From assembly GCA_013239625.1 (NCBI GenBank), contig MU053754.1, positions 617,379 to 681,378 of the forward strand: 64,000 nucleotides of DNA. The letters run 5' to 3'. The notes under the pieces were generated by a model that was not told the origin of the DNA, ran no database searches, and saw nothing but the letters and a program-made list of their open reading frames with translations. Shown piece after piece: positions 47,594 through 57,949 of this stretch; position 1 is the first letter of the stretch, and every line of letters starts with the position of its first letter. This DNA comes from Lama guanicoe. Its lineage: Eukaryota. Both the position numbers and the translations under genes were made by a program.

Positions 47594-50500
47594 TGGTGGA
47601 GGCAGAGGCCAGATCATGTGTATGTGTCTGTCATTAAGGCTTTGACCATGCACTTTATTTGGTTTGATTTGAATTTGATCTGTTTTAAGTTCAGGGTGAA
47701 AAATAAAATCCAAGTCTGACAAAGAAAACCAAACACATTAGGAAAATCCTATAGTTTCAAGCACATTCTTCATTTGGATACAGACTCACACCCGACAGTG
47801 ATTCAAGCAGACGGGTCTCCACTGATTGGCTTGGTTTTAGATTCCGCCAGAGTTCCCGCACTTGGAGCTCTTTGTTTGTCAGGCGGCCTGGATGCTAATT
47901 GGATGTCAGACATGTCAAAACCCAGAAATCCTTCCACACTGCCTGGTTCAATCAGTGTAACGAGTCTGTATTCCTCATGTCCAGGTCAATAGTTTTAACC
48001 TGGCATCCTTGGCTAAAACTGGAGCCCGAGACCCAGGTGGTTTTCATTAATGTGTTTCGACTTCATATCTTGAACATTCTCTTTTTTGAGGCATTCTGCC
48101 GCAGTGGTTCCATCCATTCAGAGCCGGTTCCCAAACTGTAAAGAGCCTGTCTGGCTTCCGTTTGTGACTCAGCTCAGCATTCGTTAGGTCTTCAGCATCC
48201 TTTGATAGGGCTCTCTCCTGCAAAACCTTCAGAAACTTGAAATGGGTTGTGAACTCTCTAAACACCACCACCATTTCTGTGAAAAAGTACAATGTCAAGA
48301 TACTGAATATTACTGTTAAATTCCCATGTGTTGGTTGGTATAATAAGACGAAACAGTGGTACTCTTAATTTTAGTTTGCACCTCTTTCTGACCCACTGCC
48401 CTGGCCAAGATTTTCAGATGTTTTTAACAAGCAGGGCACACAGGTTGCCAGCACGCTGTGTGCACCACTGTGTGCAGGCAGGAGTCGGACTTCTGACCAG
48501 CCAGCATTCCCACCACACTCCTGCTCCTCCTCAGTCCCCCTTTCATCACTTCCTGGCTGATACCACCGCTGCTGGGAAACAGACATAAATAGAACGTCCC
48601 TCCCCTGCAAAAAAACCCAAAAAACAAATGTTAGGGACACCCAATGAAGGCCGGCACAGAGTGCTGCTGGGTGTTACCTGGCCACGGCGGCGATGCTAAT
48701 CGGTGTGGTTGCACTGGATGTACCTGACGGGCTGCCTGGTGAGCGTCACGGGTCCCCGTTGGTGCGCACGGGGCTTCTTATCCCCTAGACCGCGGCCTGC
48801 ACTCCACCGCCACGTGCAGGGGGACTTCGAAGTTTCTGTGGTGTCTGTCCCGTGCTTCCCTCATCAGATCCTGCAGGCCTTGCTCCTCTTTCTCTGCAGT
48901 GTGTAAGCGGTGCGGCATCTCATCTTGTCAAGCACGCGGCAGCACCCCCAGGAGCATCACACCCTTCTTCAGACTGAAGGGGGATTTATCACTGCTGCTG
49001 CTGAGAGAGCTGGGACACTGGCAGTTGAGGTCACTTCCCGATGTGTACCCGATGGTCCTGGGTCAACGTGCCCTTGTGAGTTTGGGAGCTACGTTTTCTG
49101 TAATCCCCTCTGAACGTGGGTCTCAGCGTAGAGCTCCCCTAACATCATCCAGCCCACGGGCTCCTGTACTCACTGGGCAGAGGGTGGTAGGACTCTCTGC
49201 AGTTACTCATCTCTGGGCAACCTCCTGTCTCCGCTGAGCTGCTTCTGGGCCTCCTGCCCCTTTGTAAGTGGTTCATTTTCAGTCACCTCCCTCTGCTGGA
49301 ATCCACAGAGTGCTCATGCCTGCCTGTCAGACCCTGGCAGATACAGTCAATAAAATCTATGGTTCTTCTCATCCCTGGAAAAAGAACAGAAAGGCACGAT
49401 GTCATCAGATTACTAAGGGGATCTTAGTTAAACAAGTGGTCTTAAAAGTCTTTACAGTGGCTTAAAGTATTTCTAAAATCACGTTCTTCTCTTTAAGGAA
49501 GTTCCTTGAGCTAGAAATGAATCTAGAAAGAATTCCATTCACCTTAGCGACTATGATTTCCCTGAGAATTTTGGGGTAATGGCATTTTTTATATTCCCAA
49601 ACGCTGAAACATTTTCTAAGTTTCATTGATCGAACCTTCTAACAGCTCCATGAATTATATCTGTGTCTGAAGTGGCACAGAGGAAAATGCCCCTAGGTTC
49701 TCAGAGGCGTTTGGCGATGATTCAGAGTAAGAACTGTGTGTAATGGAAACGACAGGCATCATTTATTTATGAAAGCAGAAGTGAAGTCCAGCCTTGACTG
49801 CAGATGGGCCCTTTTCCACAGTGCCATGGAACTCGACTGCTTCTGATGTCTATGAAATTGTGGGCTTTGACTTCTTGTACAAAAACACCAGGTCAGCTTT
49901 AATTCATAGAGTCACTCAGTATCTGTGTTCAAATGTATGATAAAGATAATTGTTTAAAAGTTGTTCCTTGGACTTAGATAAAGCTGTTGACTGTCTTTTA
50001 GGGCAAGCTGGACTTCTGTGCACAAGAAAGTGCAAAAGGCAGGCTTGCCTCCAAAGGCAGTGCTAGTGTGATATTCTTACCTGGGGCTTTCGGGGAGATC
50101 CATGTGACCGTCACTTTGTGTGGACATTGCAACTCTAAGCATCATGATATGCAGAAATGTGTGCACGGTATATCAGGCATAGAAGGGTCTGGATAAATGA
50201 AGTGATAGGAAACATGTGGTGTGGACTGTGACAGGCACATTTTATGGAACCTGATTGTGCATCAGCTGGCAAAGAGGAAGACTGAAAAGCAATTCATAGG
50301 ACCGTGCATTTTGCCTGATGATGTTACATGTATTTTCTGGTCCCTATTTTCCCTGGAAAGCAGCGCAGATAGTGCTAGCCCCACTATTTCACAGGTGAGG
50401 AAAGTGCAGACTGTAAGGGGAAGGGCCCTGCCCAGCAGAGCCAGGTGTTCCAGATTCTTGTCTGCTGCGGGGGCGGGGAGGGCACGTGAAGTCCCCCACG

Positions 50501-50933
50501 TCAGAGGACTGGTGCGTGTGGGTTCCTCCCCAGCCCTCCTGTTTATCGTTACCACCCTTCTCCATGGCTGCTCACGTGCCGCACCCTCCACGAAGTATCC
50601 GTTCTTCCATTGCACCAGCGATAAGTGACGTCTCTGTCCTAAGATTGTTCTGGGCTCTTCGAGCCCCCTGCCCCAGTCATGCCCCGCCGCTCTAACTGCT
50701 CTCCCAATGTACTTTCCTACTCTGCCCTGAGAGGCGGCACATTCTCCGGGGAGAGGGTCTTTGCCTACGGCCTGGAGCAGCCTTCTTTGTTCAGTCTTCT
50801 TTATCACGTCAGAGCTACCATCGGCCTTCTTGAGAAGTAGGGAAGTGAGCCGTACGTCACATCTCTTAGTGAAGCTCCTGTTCTCTGCCAGCAACCACGT
50901 GTAGGATCTCATGTGTGTAATTTCTAGTTTCTT

Positions 50934-51062
50934 TCTTTTACTTTTTGGTGGGGGGAGGTAACTAGGGTTACTTATTTATTCTTGGAGGATGTACTGGGGG
51001 TTGAACCCAGGACCTCATGCATGCTAAGCATATGCTCTACCACTTGAGCTATACCCTGCCCC
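50934..51062 (-). mobile_element. tRNA-derived SINE, Vic-1-like, with TSD
   Basis: Minus strand gggtatagctcaagtggtagagcatatgcttagcatgcatgaggtcctgggttcaacccccagtac; direct repeat ctagtttctt at 50924-50933 and 51063-51072. Confidence 0.92.
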
Positions 51063-51799
51063 CTAGTTTCTTGACAGTCCTGCAAGATAGCTGTTATCAT
51101 TCACGTGTAGGGTCCCCTAATTTATAAAGAGGTGTTTAAGCTGGGCTCAATGTCCGGTCTCACCTCACCCTCAGCCTGCTCTGCATCTAAGACACCACTG
51201 CCATGCAGCCTTGGTCCCAGTAATCCCAGGTTTCAGTAATTATCTGTCAACTGATGAATGAGTGAGTGGATGCAGGCGTGCACTGTAGAGCATCATTTCT
51301 TCCGTACATAGAGAAAGCGAAGATTTCACATTGTGTCTGTGCAGTGAGGGGCTGCGGTAGAACCACGTGGCTCGGAAGTTAAGACGTGCTTCACGGCAGT
51401 GACCTGGCTGTGCGCCTTCCAGCCGGGACACCTGCTTCTGGTGGGCGGGAGACCGCCCTGGTTTACCCTGTGGATCAGTGGCCCCTGTGGGTGATTTTTA
51501 GCACTGCCTTTCACTCTCAGGTGTGTTTGGTTTCAGCAATTCCTCACACAATCACCCAAAGGAAGCTCTATACAAATTTTGAGTAACAATTATATATGAG
51601 AAGAAGAGGAGGAGGAAGAAAAGAGAAAAACCTCACACACAGGCAACAGGTGTTTACCAAGGGCAGGTGTCCACATTTGTTGTTTCTAAGGCATTTGCTA
51701 ATACCATGCTATCGGCATTACAAAATTATTTTTCATCATAAACCTCAGGGTCCTTTCTCAGAGCATAGCTCAAATGAGTTCTAATACCAACTATACTTT

Positions 51800-52000
51800 G
51801 AGGGAAAAAAGAGAAATTAAAATGGAGAGTTAAAAAACTGGCAGTCAACCAAGGAAAAAGAGTAAAATAGGTATTAAGAATGAAAAGAGAGGATGTCATT
51901 ATGGATCCTTGGAGACGTGAAAATATAGTGAGAGGACATTATCAACAACTTTAATTAAAGTGCAAAATTTCTGAAGAAAATATTAGCAAGTTAACTCAAT
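51800..52000 (+). mobile_element. Old L1 ORF2 internal fragment
   Basis: A-rich; attaagaatgaaaagagaggatgtcattatggatcc...atagtgagaggacattatcaacaact resembles the L1 ORF2 IRNERGDITTD region. Confidence 0.55.
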
Positions 52001-52551
52001 ATTTTAAAAAATTAGCATGTGAGCAAATTGAGTTATAATTTTCTCACTATAGGCTTTATGCTCATTTAGAATCCTAGTGTTGCATGGTCTTGAGATGTTA
52101 AGAACAAGTTTATTACTTCTGCGTTGTTTCCCCTCGAGTTGTCTAGCGTGTTCTCTTAAGGCACAGCCCCAGGCCCGTAAACACGGGGGAGGAAGCTGGA
52201 TGTAATGGTGCCCCTTCCCAGGGCAGGGCTCCTTGAGTGTCTTGTAGACCGTCTTGCAGAAGGCCTGTCTGTGCACCGGAACTGGAGCCTGCTCTAGGTT
52301 GATGGGTTCGGCTTGCAGAGTTTGAGAGTGCTGGGGAAAAAATAATGTTTGTTTATTCTTCTCTTCCCCAGTGTTTGGTAAAAATCAGAGATGACGAGCA
52401 TTTGGAGAAAGTAGGGGATAGAGTGATGTTTGTCTGGATCTTGATTTGTAGAGGTAGCACACTTTCAGAACTCTCCCTGCACCTGTTGGCAGCCTGAGAA
52501 TTTTGAGTGTGGGTAATTTTGGTAAACAGAGCTCCATTTGGAAGGGGAGGG

Positions 52552-53197
52552 TGTGATGGCAGAATTCTAACCTGGCTCCCAGAATTCCTGCTCCTCTACT
52601 GACATGCACACCCCTTCCAGTTCCAGCCTTGAATGTGCATATAATGAAGGCATTCCTGCGGTGACTGATCAAGGATGCAGTGAAGGGGCAGAGAGTTGGC
52701 AGAGGTAATTAGGTCCCTGGACAGGGAGGGGACTTTGAGTTCATGGAAAGGAGGTAATGCTGAATGGGCCTGACCAAATCAGGTGAGCCCTTTCAAGAGG
52801 CTCCAGGAGTTTCCCGAAGAGATGTATTTGCAAGAAAGAAAGGCTTTCCTGCTGATGAAGAAGCAAAGCACCATGTTATGAACTACTGCTAGGGGGCCCA
52901 TGTGGCCAGGACTGACGGTAGCTGTCAGTTGCTGACAGTCAGCAAGGAAATGGGGGCTTCAGCACCACAACTGCAAACAGCTAATTCTCTCAATAGCCTG
53001 AATGGACCTGAGGAGGGACTGTTTCCTGGTGAAGCCTCGGATGAGCAGGCAGCCCATCTGGGGAGACCCTGCGCAGAGGACCGGGTTCATCCACGCCTGG
53101 ACTGCTGACACAAATGAACCAGCACCCTTGTACACGGGTGTTGTTTTAAGACGCTGAGATGGCGCTAATTCCTTATGCAGGGTAGAAACCTAACGCA
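52552..53197 (+). mobile_element. MLT1E-like MaLR solo LTR
   Basis: tgtgatggcagaattctaa...tgggcctgaccaaatcaggtgagccctt...cagtcagcaaggaaatggggg...gggtgttgttttaag...tagaaacctaacgca. Confidence 0.8.
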
Positions 53198-53544
53198 GAG
53201 GGGAGACGCTCTAAGGAGATTATGTTCAGTGTGCACGCCACACTACAACACTAAAATGCTACGTAAGGAATCATGTGTAATACCCGCCCGGTTGGTTGTC
53301 ACAGGCAGTAAAGAGCCTGGGTTGCTTAACGTGCTTACATGGGACACACCAGGCTAGAAGCTCAAGGTCACACTTGCCACCTACTTTGAGGCACCCGTGT
53401 CTGTTCAGCTCCACATAACGTCTACCCTGCTTGCTCTTTGCTTCACTCTGAACAGATCTGTTTTCATTAGTAGTTACTTGTGTACTTGTTACCTTTCCTC
53501 CTCTGTTGCCAAGCCTCTGCTAGGCCCAGAGACCCTTATCTGTC

Positions 53545-53592
53545 TTTGTTTTGTTTTTAATGGAAGTATAGTCAGTTTACAGTGTTGTTTCC
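53545..53592 (-). mobile_element. Very short L1 3' terminal stub
   Basis: tttttaatggaagtatagtcagtttacagtgt matches the extreme 3' end of the L1 copies at 10740 and 31590. Confidence 0.55.
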
Positions 53593-54055
53593 CCTAAGTT
53601 CATAGAATGAAGAAAACAAAACAATGTTTGTTAAAAGAATGGTGGTTTGGGGACGGGAGGAGAATGGATTTCTGTCCCAATTACCATCCCCGCTGAGGAA
53701 TGAAGCGAACAACACCGCTCCGCAGCGCACGCTGTGGGGAGGGGGCTTTTCCAGGTGCCACGTGATTGTGATCAATTTTCAAACTTTGGTTACTGGCCCG
53801 GGAAAAGGGGGGTGTCCACCTTCTCCAGATTCCAGCCCGGGCCACCTGCCTAGAACCTGAACGCAGCTGGAGAAGAGGAGGAAAATCTTTGCTAGCCTTT
53901 GTGTTGTGGTGTCTGGAACTCCAAGTACTGCCTTGACACAGTTAAGCCTCCGGGCCCCTAGCGGTCTCTCCCCAGGTGTGCCCGGCTCCCTGCAGGAAAG
54001 GCTGCCCACCTGGCCGGTTCCCGTAACCGCGAGGCCAGCTGTACGTCCTCGGGCC

Positions 54056-54115
54056 CGCGCCTCACGCGCCTCACGCGCCTCACGCGCCTCACGCGCCTCA
54101 CGCGCCTCACGCGCC
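54056..54115. repeat. Perfect 9-bp tandem repeat (CGCGCCTCA) x6.7
   Basis: Six exact units plus CGCGCC, read directly. Confidence 0.98.
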
Positions 54116-54189
54116 GGCCGCGCCCTCCGGCCGTGTTGCTTAAAGAGCGCTTCCCGCGAGAACGCCGAGGCCCCGCCCACTCGTGTTCC

Positions 54190-54284
54190 GGAAGCCAGGC
54201 TCGCGCGGCCGCTGCGGGTCTGCGCTACTCGTCTGCGAGCGCCCGTGGGCTCCCGCGCTGGGGGGACGCCCGGCTCCCCCACAC
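54190..54284 (+). other. Putative non-coding first exon
   Basis: Follows GC box and ETS motif; ends at CAC/GTGAGT; contains no ATG. Start position is a guess. Confidence 0.45.
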
Positions 54285-54639
54285 GTGAGTGTGTGCGTCT
54301 CACGGAGTGCTGTCATGTCGTGGGCCCAGCGGCAGGCGTCCTGGGCCCGGCGCCCCCACCCCCACCCCTGGCACTATTTAGGCGGAAGGCTCCCGCCTTC
54401 TCCGGCAGGCTGACCGCGAGGTCGTCAGAACAGCCACCCGTGGAGGGGAACGGCGTGCTGGGCCCTCTCCGGGACCTCTGCTTCCCCCAGCACGCCCAGC
54501 TCTCTGCTCTGGTGCACCCTGGGCCCGCGGGGCGGCCACACCCCACCAGGTGAGAGACGCGCGGGGTCGTCAGTGGGCACAGCTGGGTGGAGGCTGCGCG
54601 CACCTCCCCGCGCCCTGCGGCGGCGTTAGGCTCTGTGCG

Positions 54640-54960
54640 TTGTGGTGGAAGCAAGTTTGTAATTCTGTCGGACACAGAGGCAGGGCTCGTGAAGCCTTAC
54701 TGTGGGGAGACATTCGAGGACGGCTTCTTACAAGAGGTGATGTTTGAGCAAAGCCTTGAAGGAGAGGCGGGTGTTGGCAGAGGGACTGAAGGGCGTTTCG
54801 GGGAGAGAGGCGGCGGTGATGAAAGCTCCAGGCGCCGTGAGCGGGAAGGGTGGTGAGGACGGCGAGGCGGGGCGTGCGGTCCGGGCAGTGAGTTCCAAGG
54901 TGGAAGCGAGACTCAGGTCTGAGGGGAACAACTATGAATGCAGTGACAAGGGGCTCAGCC
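54640..54960 (-). mobile_element. L2 fragment in the CpG-island flank
   Basis: gaggtgatgtttgagcaaagccttgaaggagaggcgggtgttggcag resembles antisense L2. Confidence 0.55.
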
Positions 54961-57666
54961 TCTAATCCTTACAAAGAGGGAAAGCGTGCAGGGGGAAGCA
55001 GGCGGCGAGTTTGGATTGAGACGTTGACAGGCGCAGAAGCTTGTTTGAGCAGCCAGAACTACTAACAGCCTGGGAGGGATGCACCTGAGCTTACCATGGG
55101 CGTGGTCAAATTGGTAGAAATGTGCGTTAAAAATACCCAAGTGACAACTTAGAAGTCTCTGCACATCCCATTGGTTCATCCGTAATGACCAAGTCTGAGG
55201 TAAAATGTTTACATGGTAGAACAGCCTTCCAAACTCATCTCAGAACGAAATTGTTTCAAGCCACTTTCAATTTATTTTTCCCTGTTACATTTTAGGTTTT
55301 TTTTTCTTAATAAACTGTGCATTATTAAAGTCTTGGCATTGATTTAGGGAAAAAAAATCAACTCATGTTGTTTCTGAAAATTACAACTTAATAGAAAGTT
55401 GTAGATGGAAAAGGTTTTCCATCAACCTGACTGAAGCCTTTGGCTTTTACTTTTTCTTGTGTGTTGCACCAGTATTTCACGTTTCAATGTGATGAAATAT
55501 CAGGAAGTCATGATGGGAGGGCCAGGGTGAACACTCTCTCACTGCCATAGAGAAGAATCATAGTTGTGTGTGTTAGTACTTTGTGCAGTTTAGCAATTTG
55601 AGAGCAAACTTGGCTATGTAAACCAGATTGCACTTGCAGAGTCCTGCCCACCCACCCATCCTCTGACTGTTCCCTATACATGCGTTCTGTCTTTTAAGAA
55701 TAAATCAGATCCACGAATACCTCATGGATCATTGAGGGGAAGAAGTCTCGTGTGATAGTCTACATGGTTATAAATTGCATCTTGACCAAATTGATTCATG
55801 TTATCCCTGTAACAACTCCTGTGTGAAAAGAATTATTAAAATCTAGAGAGGCAGGTGCCTCAAATTTCCTGTTCTTCCCCTAAACTAATAAGTGTTTCAC
55901 ATTAATAACTAAAGTTCTAACAATTAAGGAATTGATAATTTTTAAAAATATAATAGAGACATAAAGGTTGTCTAGAAAAAGTTATTCTAGGTACAGTGAT
56001 TTCTAAAAGAAAACAGGTCGGAGTCCTATTAGTATTAAGTCTCTGTATATTTGGTGGCCTTGCTACATCAGTACGGTTCACAGTTTGTCCTGTGTCAGAT
56101 CACCGGAGAACCATGCAGTACTGACAGACCGGCATCACTAATGTGCCTCTCTAAACACTGAACTTCTAGACCAGTGCAGAGAGCAGTATTTGCATGGGAA
56201 GGGTGAACTTGACATAAGTAAGTACACTGTGCAGGGGGTCGGGAGTGGGAAACATCAATAAAACTCAAACCTGAAAGATTTTGAAACCATTTTCATCTTT
56301 TTTTGAATTACTAGAATGGTGAGACATTGGAAACATCAAGGTTCATGCATAGGGCAATTCAAAAACATTCCTTCAAAGTCTTTGGGAGGAACATGAAGTA
56401 GCTGTCAGAGGCTGGCAAGGTGATCTTTGCGAGGATGCAGAAATTGTCATGCACGTTACTGTTCCAAACAGGCTCGTTATTCAAATCAGAAAACAGTAAC
56501 TTCATTTTCTGTCTCAATAGGATCCCTCTATTATGATGATCATACATCTTACAGATGTAGAAAAGTCTCTAATGTGGTCTTTAATGGTCCAACTGGGCGG
56601 GTCTGGAAGATGCTTTTGATTCATTTCAGAATCTGAGAAGCACATTTGTTTATATGCATTAGCTTAATTTGGCTCCTTTTCTCTGAAGAATCCAAGGTGC
56701 TCTTGAGAGAGGCTGCGTGTAAGGAGCATGCAGCGCCTCTTAAACCAGGAGAAAGAGGCCATCAAGGAGGTAGAAGAAAAAGAGGAAATGAGGGACCTTG
56801 AGATGAGAGTTAGAAAAAAGGGTCAGATGATGCTACCAACTCAGCAATTTCTAGAAACAGAACGTTTTTGAGAGTGGCGTTGGCCATTCACTAAGGCTGG
56901 AGGATGCTGGGCAGAGGGTACCAGGTATCTCTGGATTCTCTGGAGTTGAGGAAAACTACTGTCTCCAAGTGTGGAGAACACCCTGGTGCTCTCATTCCCC
57001 AGGTGTTGACATCTGGTGCTGACTGATGCTTATCTTTCTAGAAGCCCTGTTTTCTCAGCATCTAACTCTCCCTTCCACTCCTCTTTCCCACCCAGCGCCC
57101 TGCCCTTCCTGCAGTCTGACACCCAGGTCGTGACCACCACCACCCTCCCCTTGACTTGCTTCTTTGTCACCGTTCCTTCCACATCCCCCGCCGCTCTCAG
57201 AATGTCGTCCTTCTGGAGTCTTGTCTCCTCCACGTGCCCCTTCTCCTCAGCCCTTCTTCATTCCTTCTCTGTCCTTCCCTTCTGTCAGGCTTGTTCTCCA
57301 AAACTCCAGTTTTCTTCCCTGTGTTCCGTTCCGCTTTGCGTGTCCTCTGAATGGACCTCTCTGCCCGCTGGGGCCCTTTCTTATCCGTTCTCCACATGAC
57401 AAAGTGTGTGGTCACCCCAGGTCGTTGCTCTTCCTTCATCCTCCAAGGCTGGCTCCCCCATCCACACTCCTGGTTCCAACCCTTCCCCACTGTAGGATCC
57501 TCACCTGGAAGGGGCAGCTTTGTCTCCCAGCTCCCTGTGGTCCGGATGCTTCTCTACAGGGAGAAGGACGGTGGCTGCTGCGGTTTCTTACACAGACTTC
57601 ACAGAGGCACCTCCCCTCATTCTCATGGCCCTGATGTCTAGTTGGAAACCAGGGAAGCTAAGGTGC

Positions 57667-57949
57667 TGCCGTGGACTGAACTGTGTCCCCAAAATCATAT
57701 GGAGAAGCCCTCAGTGGGACGGTGTTTGGAGCTGGGGTCTTTGCGAAGTAATTAGGGTGAGATGAGGGCAGGAGGCTGGGGTCCATATGCTGGGATGAGT
57801 GGCTTTATAAGGAGAGGAAGAGAGATTATCCCGTCAGCCAACACCTTGACCTTGGGCTTTCCAGCCTCCAGAGCTGTGAGAAATAGATGTCTGTCCTCTA
57901 AGGCCCCCAGCCTATGATGTTTTGTTACAGCAACCGAAATCCACTGACA
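57667..57949 (+). mobile_element. MLT1A-like MaLR LTR, internally deleted
   Basis: tgccgtggactgaactgtgtccccaaaatcatatg...caccttgaccttgggctttccagcctccagagctgtgagaaata...ttttgttacagca. Confidence 0.8.

Larger units (their letters stand above)
53940..54920 (+). promoter_or_regulatory. CpG-island promoter of an unidentified gene
   Basis: By far the highest CpG and GC density in the window. GC box ccccgccc 54171-54178, ETS-type ttccggaag 54186-54194, E2F-like ttcccgcg 54151-54158, E-box cacgtg 54282-54287. Plus-strand splice donors at 54285 and 54550. Confidence 0.85.

Noticed and set aside
50081..50188. Minus-strand exon-like segment ending at CAG/GTAAGA
   Set aside because: Stops in all three frames and no independent support, although a divergent lncRNA exon cannot be excluded.
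50262..50912. 216-aa minus-strand ORF
   Set aside because: Crosses a MIR-like fragment; random-like composition; no domain recognised.
24530..51062. Three tRNA-like sequences with A and B boxes
   Set aside because: Each is followed by a shared non-tRNA segment and A-rich tail, one with a TSD, so they are SINEs and not tRNA genes.
54056..54115. Tandem array as CRISPR-like repeat
   Set aside because: 9-bp head-to-tail units with no spacers, no cas genes, mammalian context.
53779..54553. 215-aa (+, RASRAS...) and 174-aa (-, AREARE...) ORFs
   Set aside because: Non-ATG starts, stop-poor GC-rich island sequence, and the peptide repeats simply translate the 9-bp array.
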